Assembly (NCBI GenBank): GCA_035534695.1
Contig: DATLRN010000010.1
Coordinates: 21,333-85,332, forward strand
DNA length: 64,000 nucleotides
Direction of reading: 5' to 3'
Source: Candidatus Dormiibacterota bacterium
GTDB taxonomy: Bacteria; Chloroflexota; Dormibacteria; Aeolococcales; Bog-877
The notes below the pieces were generated by a model. The model was not told the origin of the DNA and searched no databases. It saw nothing but the letters and a program-made list of their open reading frames with translations. The position numbers and the translations under genes are program-made. Below, piece by piece: positions 36,666-46,200 of the stretch; the first letter of the stretch is position 1; each line of letters starts with the position of its first letter.

Positions 36666-37468
36666 CGTCCCCCGTCGAACGAATGGATGTCTGGGTCCGA
36701 GTTCGGAGGTGTCCCTGCGCTGGAGGCGACCGACACCTCGCCCGGGACGGCACCCAAGAATAGTTCCCTGACCTCGGTCATGCCGAGGACTTCGGTGGGC
36801 GCGCCCTCACCCACGATTCTGCCGCCGGCGAGACAGATCAGGCGGTCGACGGTATCGATGATCGCGCGCAGCACGTGCTCGATCCAGATGATCGAGATCC
36901 CGCGGCCTTGTGCCCTCCGTACCACTCCCACCAGCTCATCCACCTCGGGGTCGGTGAGCCCTCCGGCCACTTCGTCCAAGAGCAGGAGCTTGGGGCGGGT
37001 GGCCAGCGCTCTGGCTAATTCCAACCGCTTGCGCTGGAGAAGGCCCAGGGAGCCAGCCAGCCGGTTGGCGGACCCCAGGAGGCCCGTCTCCTCGAGGACT
37101 TCGGTAGCGAAGTCGGTGGCCTGCTGACTTCTCAGCCGGCCACCCTGATGGGCCGCCACCAAGACGTTCTCGAGTACCGTCATCCCCTGAAACTCGCGCG
37201 GCACCTGAAAGGTTCTTCCGATACCTAGGCGACAGCGAGCCGCGGCATCGAGCCGCTTGACGGACACGCTTTCGAGAAGGATATCCCCCGCGTCGGCGGG
37301 GAGCTCGCCACTGATAACTCCGAACAGGCTAGTTTTGCCGGCCCCATTGGGGCCGACAATACCCAGTGCCTCGCCCTCTTCGACGCTGAACCCGATCCCG
37401 TCGGCGACAGTGATCTGGCCGAATCGTTTGACGACTCCAACCAGTTCGAGGACCGGCGGTGCCGTCAT
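36662..37468 (-). CDS. ABC transporter ATP-binding protein (LivG-like)
   Basis: It has Walker A (GPNGAGKTS) and Walker B (LLLLDEVAGGL). The start at 37468 shares a base with the binding-protein stop. Confidence 0.8.
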   Translation of the reverse strand: MTAPPVLELVGVVKRFGQITVADGIGFSVEEGEALGIVGPNGAGKTSLFGVISGELPADAGDILLESVSVKRLDAAARCRLGIGRTFQVPREFQGMTVLENVLVAAHQGGRLRSQQATDFATEVLEETGLLGSANRLAGSLGLLQRKRLELARALATRPKLLLLDEVAGGLTDPEVDELVGVVRRAQGRGISIIWIEHVLRAIIDTVDRLICLAGGRIVGEGAPTEVLGMTEVRELFLGAVPGEVSVASSAGTPPNSDPDIHSFDGGR

Positions 37469-38808
37469 CAGGCGCGGGTCGGTTCGAGCTTCCCGTTGAT
37501 CGGTACGTCCTTGTTGGCGGAGTTGTCGACCACATACATGCTGAAGGGGTACTTGGTGCCCTTCTTCCACTGGACTCCGACCGGTTCGATGATGGCAACA
37601 CCCGGTGCGGGACCGCTGGTGAAGTCCAAATGGCCGCAGATGCTCTGCATCTTCAGGGAATGCAGCTGTGCCGCCACTTCCCGCTTGTCGTGAGGATCAC
37701 TGGCTCGAGCCAAGGCTTGGTGCGCTATTTCAAAGAGAGTGTAGGTAGACCCGATCGACTGGGTCCACTGTTGGCCGGACGCGGACTCGAAGGCCGCAGC
37801 GAGCTGCTTGGCGCTCTCCCCGGTGAGGGAGGAGCGGTAGGGGCTGTACGGTGTCCACCAGGCGTCAGTGGCGATGTTCTCGACTAACGAGCCGAGCGCA
37901 GTCGTGTCGGACGGAAACAGCAACACCTTGGCGACCGTCGCTAGTTTGGGTTTGAAGCCCTGCTCGTGGGCCTGCTTCCACATTGTGTTGAAGTCAGGAG
38001 GGAGGGGGCAATTGAGGTAGAAGTCGGCGTTGCCATCCTTGAACTGAGAGATCATCGAGGTGTAGCCGGTCTGGCCGTCTGGGTAGGCACCGCCGTCGAT
38101 CTCTGTGTATCCGGCGGCGCTGATGACGGGGGGGAAGCCCATGCGAAAGGCATTGCCGTCAGCGTCATTAGGAAACATGCAGGCGATGACCTTGTCGGTG
38201 CTGTACTTCTTATGGATCCGATTCCACATCGGTACGAAGCATTTACCAAACTCACGGATTCCGAAGAAGAAGAGCGTGTTGTAGGCAAACTTCTGGGACG
38301 TGCCGGGGGGCGTCGCACCGAGACCCGCGTAATACCACGACTCCCATGGGCAGACCGTGGACACGCAGGGCACATGCTCTGACTCACAGACTCCGGCGAC
38401 CGGGTTCACGGTTTCCGGTGCCGAACTAGTCACAATCAGGTCGACCTTATCCTGAAGTATCAGATTTTTCGTTACTTGTGAGGCTCGGGTGGGATCAGAC
38501 TGGCTGTCGACCTCGATGATCTTGATCGAGTACTTCTTCTTACCCTTAGTGAGTCCTTTAGAGAAGGCAGACGTTTCACGAATTCGCTTGAGGACAAAGT
38601 CGTCCGGAGTGGCGAATGATGCCAGGCTTCCAGTCTCTGGGCTGACATAGCCGATTACGATCTCTGAGCTGTGGCTGCTACTGGCGGCTCGCGCGAGCAT
38701 CGGTCCGAGTCCACCTACTAGTTCGCTCGTTGCGAGGGCGGCCGTACCCCCGGCGAGTCCTTTTAAGACCGTACGGCGCGAGACCGGCCGGTCGATCTTG
38801 TTGGCCAT
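37468..38808 (-). CDS. ABC transporter substrate-binding protein (type I PBP, LivK-like) with twin-arginine signal
   Basis: From ATG 38808 the sequence reads MANKIDRPVSRRTVLKGLAGGTAALA, which contains the Tat motif SRRxxLK. GGGGAGGG precedes the ATG. Confidence 0.8.
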   Translation of the reverse strand: MANKIDRPVSRRTVLKGLAGGTAALATSELVGGLGPMLARAASSSHSSEIVIGYVSPETGSLASFATPDDFVLKRIRETSAFSKGLTKGKKKYSIKIIEVDSQSDPTRASQVTKNLILQDKVDLIVTSSAPETVNPVAGVCESEHVPCVSTVCPWESWYYAGLGATPPGTSQKFAYNTLFFFGIREFGKCFVPMWNRIHKKYSTDKVIACMFPNDADGNAFRMGFPPVISAAGYTEIDGGAYPDGQTGYTSMISQFKDGNADFYLNCPLPPDFNTMWKQAHEQGFKPKLATVAKVLLFPSDTTALGSLVENIATDAWWTPYSPYRSSLTGESAKQLAAAFESASGQQWTQSIGSTYTLFEIAHQALARASDPHDKREVAAQLHSLKMQSICGHLDFTSGPAPGVAIIEPVGVQWKKGTKYPFSMYVVDNSANKDVPINGKLEPTRA

Positions 38809-38844
38809 GACGCCCTCCCCGGAGTGTTTGCCTGCTGAACGCAC

Positions 38845-38861
38845 GTACGCAATGCGCACAG
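38845..38861 (-). promoter_or_regulatory. candidate operator-like motif CTGTGCGCATnnCGTAC (copy 2)
   Basis: The minus strand reads gaatactGTGCGCATTGCGTACgtgcg, 37-53 nt upstream of the binding-protein ATG and immediately after an AATACT -10-like hexamer. Confidence 0.3.
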
Positions 38862-39059
38862 TATTCTGCAGAGATAGTATCGTGATCGAGCCGGGGTGAT
38901 GTCAAGCGTTTCCCGGGCTGCGATACGAGCTTCGCCACTTCGGTTGCCACTCACGTCAGGCGTAATGTGCTTGCACGCCGTGAGCCAACCACGGACAGCT
39001 AACAAGGGGTGAGGCGACCGTCGGGGAGACCAGAGTGCCGACCGTGATGAGAAGTGGGT

Positions 39060-39938
39060 TCAGCGCGCCCCGGCAGTGCGGGAACTCGGCGCGACCAGAT
39101 CGGCCTCGATCTCGCGTGCCGCCTTCAGAAGGTGCGGAAGAAAATCGGACAGTAGGCCATCGAGGCTGACTCTGGTGGCGTGTGCCGAGACGTTCACCGC
39201 CGCGATCACCGTTCCGTCCCAGTCGTGAATCGGTGTGGCCACCGAGCGAAGGCCGCGTTCCAACTCTTGGTCCACCATGGCGTAGCCATCCCGGCGCACA
39301 GACTGCAGCACATCCCTTAGCAGGGCAGGATCCACCAGTGTCTGAGGCGTCAGCGGGCTGAGCTTGACCTCACCCAGATACTCCTCGAGCTGACTGGGCT
39401 CCAGTCCGGCCAGCAAGACCCTTCCCATTGATGTGGCGTAGGCTGGAAAGCGCGTGCCTAGTGCGATTGTCACACTCATGATCCGGCGGCTGGGCACCCG
39501 AACCACGTACACGATCTCCTCCCCGTCGAGGACCGAGATCGATACCGACTCGTGCAGTTCGGCTGCCAACTCCTCGAGATGAGGCTGGGCTACTTCTGGT
39601 AGCCCGAGGGACGAGAGATAGGCGTATCCGAGCTCCAAGAGCCGAGGACGTAGTTCGAAGTAACGGCCCACGTTGCGGGCGTAGCCGAGCTGGACCAGAG
39701 TGAGCAGGAAGCGCCGCGCTGCGGCTCTGGTCAATCCCGTGGTCTTGGCGACCTCGCTCAGTGTGAGCCGGGGGCGCTCCGCCCCGAAGGTCCGAATCAC
39801 CGCCAAGCCGCGCTCCAGAGATTGGACGAAGTCGGGGTTGCGCACCTCCGCGACGAGGCTCGGAGCCATAGCCTCGCGCAAGTCACTCTTGAGCCCATCA
39901 TCCGTGGCCGGGTGGGAACCGTCGACCATCGCCGCCAC
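39060..39938 (-). CDS. IclR-family transcriptional regulator (PcaR/PobR-like by context)
   Basis: The N-terminal wHTH reads FVQSLERGLAVIRTFGAERPRLTLSEVAKTTGLTRAAARRFLLTL, followed by an IclR effector domain. It is adjacent to the pca/pob genes. Confidence 0.75.
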   Translation of the reverse strand: MAAMVDGSHPATDDGLKSDLREAMAPSLVAEVRNPDFVQSLERGLAVIRTFGAERPRLTLSEVAKTTGLTRAAARRFLLTLVQLGYARNVGRYFELRPRLLELGYAYLSSLGLPEVAQPHLEELAAELHESVSISVLDGEEIVYVVRVPSRRIMSVTIALGTRFPAYATSMGRVLLAGLEPSQLEEYLGEVKLSPLTPQTLVDPALLRDVLQSVRRDGYAMVDQELERGLRSVATPIHDWDGTVIAAVNVSAHATRVSLDGLLSDFLPHLLKAAREIEADLVAPSSRTAGAR

Positions 39939-40131
39939 CTGAATGTCAACCTCCTGACGTCCGTCTAGGACTAGCCTCTCCTTTTAGTATGCCGTCTAGC
40001 TGTACTGCCTATGGGTTGGGGGGCAGGACTTGGATGAGGATGGAGGCAGATCTGCGTCGGGGCCAATGGAGGAGCACTTCTCTCCTGGGTCGCAGTATCA
40101 TCCGGCCTCTCGGCACCCAACTGGAGGCAGT

Positions 40132-40581
40132 ATGGCGAACGACATCGACGGCTATGGATTTGCCGAGCAGGGACGGACCATCGGCCGCCTCAGCGCTGAC
40201 ATTCGAGAGCTCGGCCGGGCGGGAGTCGAGAGAGTGGCTCAGGGGTGGGACCGCCACGTCGGGGAGGCCCAGTTGGACGACTTCCGCGCCGCCGAGCAGG
40301 AAGCGTCGGAGGTTCTGGAGGCGACTGATCGGGTCGACCAATGGCACCAGGTGCGAGACGCCCTCCTCGGCCTGACCGCAGGCACTTCGGCCCTGGTGAG
40401 TTGGAAGGCCGAGCACGGTGAGGTAGGCGAGAAGGCCGAGCGGGCGGCGCTGGCTGCCGCCCTGGGCCTGCTCGCGGGTGCGGACGGCGACCACCCTGAT
40501 CTGCAGGTCCTCCTCCGCCCCATGGCTGAGGCACTGCCCTGGCTGCTCTTGGATGAGGGCCCCAGTCTCGGACCGCAGTGA
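40132..40581 (+). CDS. hypothetical protein
   Basis: ATG 40132 is preceded by GGAGG. The 149-aa protein is acidic and helical. No family was recognised. Confidence 0.5.
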   Translation: MANDIDGYGFAEQGRTIGRLSADIRELGRAGVERVAQGWDRHVGEAQLDDFRAAEQEASEVLEATDRVDQWHQVRDALLGLTAGTSALVSWKAEHGEVGEKAERAALAAALGLLAGADGDHPDLQVLLRPMAEALPWLLLDEGPSLGPQ

Positions 40582-40734
40582 TCGGGCCGGTCGCAGTCGC
40601 CCGTCCGGCCCACGAAGCGCTCATCGAACAAATTCCGAAGCTACTCGGGACCTAAGATCGCGAAGGCAAGCTACGATGAAGCTGCTGCCCCTTAAAGGTC
40701 GCGAATCAGCTCCAAAGAAGCGAGGTGAGCACGG

Positions 40735-42126
40735 ATGTCGATGACCGGCACTCTCGACTCGAGGGCGGAGAAGTTCCACCACGAAGCCTTGATGTATGCC
40801 GGGGACGATGGATTTCTGGCGGGTACCCTGCCCTTCATCCGTGAGGGGATCGCAGCCCAGGAGCCGGTGATGGTGGCGGTCGCCGCCGAGCGCATTCGCG
40901 AACTGACCCAAGCGCTGGGCTCAGACGCCCAGGCGGTGCGCTTCGTAGACATGCGCCAGATCGGGCACAATCCTGCTCGGATCATTCCCGCCTGGGTCGA
41001 TTGGGTGGAAGGAGTCAGCCCAGACGGTCGGCCCGTGCGAGGCATCGGAGAACCGGTCTGGGCGGGGCGGTCATCCGACGAACTGGTGGAGTGCGAACGC
41101 CACGAGGCGCTACTCAATCTGGTATTGGAGAAGCATTCCCAGCTGCGCTTGCTGTGCCCTTATGACGTCGATCACCTGGACCCCCCCGCGCTCGAGGTGG
41201 GCCAGCGCACCCACCGGCTGGTGCTCAACGGTGGTGAGTCACTGATGAGTGATCTGTACCAAGGGACAGCGCGCAGCTCGCTGCCCTACCAGGCGCCGCT
41301 GCCACCCGCCCCTGGAGACCGGATAGAGCTTGACTTCGGAGCGGGACAAGGCCTGGAGATGCGCGAGGTGGTGGCCCGCTGCGCTGTCGCGGCCGGACTG
41401 CCGACCCTGCGGCAGGCCGACCTGGAGTGGGCGGTAACTGAGCTGCTGACCAACAGCATTCGCCACGGGGGCGGACGGGGCACGGTCCGGGTCTGGGAGG
41501 ACAGCGCCGGAATCGTCTGCGAAGTCCAAGACCGGGGTCACCTCGATGATCCCCTGGTCGGGCGCTATCGTCCGGCCCTTCCCGGGGCGGACGCACGAGG
41601 CCTGTGGCTGGTCAACCAAATCTGCAATCTGGTCCAGGTCCGCTCTTCCGAGCTGGGCACGGTCGTCCGCATCCACGTCAGTCGCGCTGAAGGTCCGCGC
41701 GAGGTGGGTGGAGTCCCGCTCCTTTCGGATCAGCTACTGACGGCCCTCGACAGATTCGCCAGGGAGGTGGAACGGCGCCTGAGCCAGCGGGATCGTTCCC
41801 TGCTCTGGAGGCTCTCTCCGGGAGCCGAGTCACTCCTTATGAGGCTGCCCGACGAGGGCGTCAGATGGGTCGATCTGCCCCGGCTCCTGGCCACCAACTC
41901 GAGCGGAGTTCAGGCACTGGAAATGGAGTTGGAGTCGTTGGGCCTGCTGAATCGCCCGGTCGCGGCGGACGCGGTTGTCCGCCTTCTCCCGAGCGTCAAG
42001 GGTCGCCGCCTGCGAGACGCGGTGACGGTGGCGCGTCGAACGGTTCTCGAGGGCATGGTTACCCGCCTACCTGCGGCCGCGCTGGCTGAGGTTGGGGCTG
42101 TCCTCGGCGACTGGGCAGCTCGATAG
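40735..42126 (+). CDS. MEDS domain / anti-sigma-factor-type HATPase kinase fusion with C-terminal wHTH-like region
   Basis: The N-terminal FHHEALMYAGDDGFLAGTLPFIREG is MEDS-like. The central TELLTNSIRHGGGRGTVRV...ARGLWLVNQICNLV is an RsbW/SpoIIAB-type HATPase. The C-terminal 130 aa resemble a MarR-like winged helix (weak). Confidence 0.65.
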   Translation: MSMTGTLDSRAEKFHHEALMYAGDDGFLAGTLPFIREGIAAQEPVMVAVAAERIRELTQALGSDAQAVRFVDMRQIGHNPARIIPAWVDWVEGVSPDGRPVRGIGEPVWAGRSSDELVECERHEALLNLVLEKHSQLRLLCPYDVDHLDPPALEVGQRTHRLVLNGGESLMSDLYQGTARSSLPYQAPLPPAPGDRIELDFGAGQGLEMREVVARCAVAAGLPTLRQADLEWAVTELLTNSIRHGGGRGTVRVWEDSAGIVCEVQDRGHLDDPLVGRYRPALPGADARGLWLVNQICNLVQVRSSELGTVVRIHVSRAEGPREVGGVPLLSDQLLTALDRFAREVERRLSQRDRSLLWRLSPGAESLLMRLPDEGVRWVDLPRLLATNSSGVQALEMELESLGLLNRPVAADAVVRLLPSVKGRRLRDAVTVARRTVLEGMVTRLPAAALAEVGAVLGDWAAR

Positions 42127-42212
42127 CCAGAGCGACCGCCAAGGCACCAGCCACGCCGCCGGGCCGCCCGGCCTGGTCTCCCAGCAACGCGTTTCTTGAC
42201 GAGCTGGACAAC

Positions 42213-42485
42213 ATGGCCAAGCGGTGCGGCGAGTCCCCCTGGTGCCTGATCGCCATCTACGCCGCCCCCCGGTCCATCGTCCTGGTCTTCGACGACGATG
42301 TCTGCGGCGGCGCCGTGCGTGACAACCACATTGAGATCCGCACCCAGAAGTGGGATCCGCTGTTCAAGGCGCTCCGTTCGGCAGGGCACACCAGCCGGAC
42401 CAGACAGCTCCAGTTGGGGCCCCGCCGTCACCAGACATATGACTGCCCCGAGTGCGAGCTCATCTGGGACAACGAGTCGGCTTAG
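42213..42485 (+). CDS. small Cys-containing hypothetical protein (90 aa)
   Basis: GC3 is high throughout, and the C-terminus carries CPEC. No family was recognised. Confidence 0.45.
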   Translation: MAKRCGESPWCLIAIYAAPRSIVLVFDDDVCGGAVRDNHIEIRTQKWDPLFKALRSAGHTSRTRQLQLGPRRHQTYDCPECELIWDNESA

Positions 42486-42571
42486 GCAAGTCGCTGCTGC
42501 ACCGAACCGGACGCGTTGTCCGGGTCGGAGCGGACTCCCAGCAGATCCGGCCCCGACGTAGGCTTGAAGAG

Positions 42572-43222
42572 ATGGCAGTCTGGGACGACCTCGCTGCGGC
42601 ACTGCTTGAGCTGCGGGATGCTCCAGGGCGACCTCTCACCGGGTATCCGGATCCCCGAGTAAACCCCACTGGTGAGACTCGGTTTCACATCAGCTTGCGC
42701 GGCTGGGCGACGCTAGAAGCAGAGACATTGCAGCAACGATTCGCGGACTCCGTGGACCTCACGGTCGGCTTTCTCCGCTACCCGCAGTGTCGGCTCGAAC
42801 GTCCGATCCCGGACGACCATGTGACTCGCTCCGAAATTCATCCCAGCGAGTTGAAAATCTCCCTGGAGAGTCCTCTCCAGGTGAGCTCCGGTCAGTACCT
42901 ACATCACCCGCTTCTACTGCACAACGTAAGTGACCAAGACATGACTGTCAGAACCAATGGAAACTTGACGGCGATGGTCTTCGCCCCGGAGTCGGGCATG
43001 CTCGTGGGCGGGTTCAGCGGCGCCCAACATTTCCGAGGCGTCGACGTCGCGATCGGTGCTGGTGGCTCCGCCACCATCCCGCTGCTGGTCGGCACCGATA
43101 GCCTCTCACCGAGCCTCGGCTACGCCATCCCGCCCGGCGCGTGGATGGCCCGGGCACCTCTCGACTTGGCGGACGGAAGGCGCCTTTGGACTGGACCGAT
43201 CGCGATCACAGTCACGATGTGA
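42572..43222 (+). CDS. hypothetical protein
   Basis: It starts at ATG 42572 and encodes 216 aa with high GC3. No family was recognised. Confidence 0.5.
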   Translation: MAVWDDLAAALLELRDAPGRPLTGYPDPRVNPTGETRFHISLRGWATLEAETLQQRFADSVDLTVGFLRYPQCRLERPIPDDHVTRSEIHPSELKISLESPLQVSSGQYLHHPLLLHNVSDQDMTVRTNGNLTAMVFAPESGMLVGGFSGAQHFRGVDVAIGAGGSATIPLLVGTDSLSPSLGYAIPPGAWMARAPLDLADGRRLWTGPIAITVTM

Positions 43223-43282
43223 CTGTCGGCGCCAACAGTCTTCAACCCTCAGGCGATTTGCCGGATCCGAGCAGGATTCGTC

Positions 43283-46200
43283 TTATTTCACCCCTGCCGG
43301 TTGGAAGCTCTCCCACATTGACGAGTAGGCACCGGCATCCGCCAGGAGTTCGTCGTGGCTGCCATCCTCGACGACCTTGCCGTCGGCGAGGATGACGATC
43401 CGGTCCGCCTTGCGGGCCGTCTGCAGACGGTGGGCGATGACGATGGTGGTACGGCCGCTGGCGAGGCGGGTCATCGCCGCGCCCACCCTGGCCTCAGTGG
43501 CCAGATCGAGATTGGAGGTAGCCTCGTCGAGGACCAGGATCTTGGGGTCGATGAGCTGGGCTCGAGCCAGAGCGAGCAATTGTCGCTGGCCGGTTGAGAG
43601 CGAGCGCCCTCGTTCCATCAGTTGGTGGTGATAGCCCCCCTCCAACTCGCCGATGAAGTAGTCGGCTCCCACTGCCCGGGCGGCTGCCTCAACCGCGGCG
43701 TCGGTCGCTCCGGGTCGTCCGTAGGCGATGTTGTCCCGGACCGAGCCCGAGAAGAGGAAGGGCTCCTGAGGCACGTAGCCGAGGCGGCGCCGGTACTCGC
43801 CCAGCTCGAAGGAGCGAAGGTCCTGGCCGTCGACTAGGACCCGGCCCTGTTGGGGGTCGTAGAAGCGAACGATCAGCTTGGCCAAAGTCGACTTGCCCGC
43901 CCCGGTCTCGCCCACCAGTGCCACCGTCTGCCCAGCGGGAATCTCCAGGTCGACACCTTTGAGCGCTTCCTGGGCGTCGTCCCTCGCCGACTCCCGAGGA
44001 GTGCCAGGCGACCCTGACTCAGCGCGGCTGGGATAGCGGAAGTGGACTCCCTGCAAGCGCACCGCCCCCTGGGAGATCTCGACCCGGGTGGGGCGTTCCG
44101 GTGAGGGCGTCAGGCTTCGCTGTGCCATCAGTTCGCGAATTCGGCGCATGGAGGCTCCCGCCTGCTGCCAGGAGTCGAACACCTGGGAGAGCTGCTGGAT
44201 CGGCGAGAAGAACATGTCGATGTAGAGCAGGAACGCGATCAGCGCCCCGCTGGTGAGCTGACCCTGCGCGATCAGGTAACCGCCGAATCCAAGAATCGCG
44301 GCGTCGGCCGCGTCGGAGAGGAACTGCACGAAAGGGAAGTAGACCGACACCAGCCGCTGGGCGGAGAGGCGGGCGTCGAGATAGCGCTGCCCGAGGCGAT
44401 GGAACTCTTGCTGACTGAGCTGCTCGTGACGGAAGGCTTGCGCCTCTCGGACTCCCGCCAGGCTCTCCTGGAAGTCTGCGTTGACCACGGCGATGCGCTC
44501 CCGGGCGCGGTCGTAGATCTTCGCCGAGCGCCGGCGGAAGATGGCGGTCGCCAGGCCCAAGGGGATGATCACCACCAAGCAGGCGGCAGCCAGTCGCCAG
44601 TTGATGAAGAAGAGCGCGACTCCTACCCCGACGAAGGTACAAACGCTCACGACCGCGGTGATAAGGCCGCTCTCCAGGAGCGACTCCAGGGAGTCCACGT
44701 CGGTCGTCATCCGGGTCATGATCCGACCGGCCATCTCGCGCTCGTAGTAGTCGATGGAGAGTCGCTGCAACTGAGCGAAGATCTTCACCCGCAGCGCCAC
44801 CATGAGACGCTCTGCCGTCCTCCCAGTGACGAAGGTCTCGGCGATGGAATCGGCCAGGTCGGCCAGCGTGATCACCAGGAAGACGGCGGTGGCGATGACG
44901 ATCACCGCCAAGGATCCGGCCACCACCCCCTGATCGATGCCGCGCTGGATCAGCAGCGGCCCGGCCAGGCTCGCCACGGCGTCGAGGACCACCAGCAGCA
45001 GGCCCAGGCCGAGGGGGCGGCGGTAGTCCTTGATGAAGGCCCAAAGCGAGAAGCCCTCGTCGGGACGTGACTCGGCATCGACATCGATCCGGGCCTCGTC
45101 CCGGATCGGACGCAGGGCGGCTACCTTGGCCAGAAGCTCCGGGGTAGGTGCGAGGCCGCTGCGCCAACCTCTACCTCCACCGCTACCGCCCAGTCCGGCA
45201 CCCAGGGTGGGAGCTGAGGCGGCGGTCCCCAGGGGCGCCGCCGGGTGCGAGGTCCCCACTCGTCCCACCCGGCCGGACCGTCGCCAGGTGGATGCATCGG
45301 CCGGTGCATCCACCACTCCCGCGGTCAGAGTGCCCTCCTCACCTTCTGGCCCCGCCAGGAGCAGGCGGTAGAGAGCGCAGCGTGCCATCAACTCGCCGTG
45401 GCTTCCCTGGTCCACGACGACTCCCTGATCCACCACCACGATGCGATCTGCGAGACCCAGGGTCGACTCCCGGTGGGCCACCAGAATCGTGGTCCGTCCC
45501 CGCATCACGTCGCGCAGGCCCCGGTGGATCGCCTCCTCAACCACCGAGTCGACGGCGCTGGTGGCGTCATCGAGGATGAGTACCCGGGGGTCGGTGAGCA
45601 GGGCTCTGGCCAAGGCCACCCGCTGCCGCTGTCCGCCGGAGAGGCTGAGTCCCCGCTCACCGACCACCGTCCCGTAGCCGGCTGGCAGCCTCTGGATGAA
45701 GTCGTGTGCCTGGGCCACCCGGGCGACCGCCTCGACCTCCTCCTGGCTGGCGCCGGGCCGCCCATAGGCGATGTTGTCGTAGATGCTGGCGGAGAAGAGA
45801 AAGCTCTCCTCGAAGGCGACTCCGATCTGACCTCGCAACGAGCGAAGGCTGACCTGGCGCACATCGTGGCCATCGACCAGGACAGCCCCTTCGTGGACAT
45901 CGTAGAAGCGGGGGAGGAGGGCCGCCACGGTGGACTTGCCCGCGCCCGACGGCCCGACCAGAGCGATGGTCTCGCCGGCGGCGACTTCGAGATCGAAGCC
46001 ACGGAGAACAGGGGACGAGTCCTGGTAACCGAAGGCGACCTGGCGGAACTGGATATTGCCCTGGATGCGGGGTAGCTCGACTGCTGAAGCTGAGTCCTCG
46101 ATCTCGGGGTGCGAGTCGAGGAGGTCGAAGATCCGTTCCAGGCCAGCTCGTGCCTGTTGGGCGATGGTGAGCATCCCGGCCAGCATTCGGGCCGGCGACA

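Noticed and set aside
39939-40131. Direct repeat CCGTCTAG x2 (about 25 nt apart) upstream of the IclR gene, considered as an autoregulatory site.
   Set aside because: The repeat is only 8 nt, it has no dyad symmetry, and it is not shared with the other two intergenic regions of the island. This could easily be chance.
44019-46075. Several long ORFs (382 aa minus strand in another frame; 223, 276 and 143 aa on the + strand) inside the fused ABC exporter gene.
   Set aside because: These are off-frame or antisense shadows of a 1265-aa gene that has unambiguous Walker and signature motifs. Their composition is Arg/Pro/Gly-rich.
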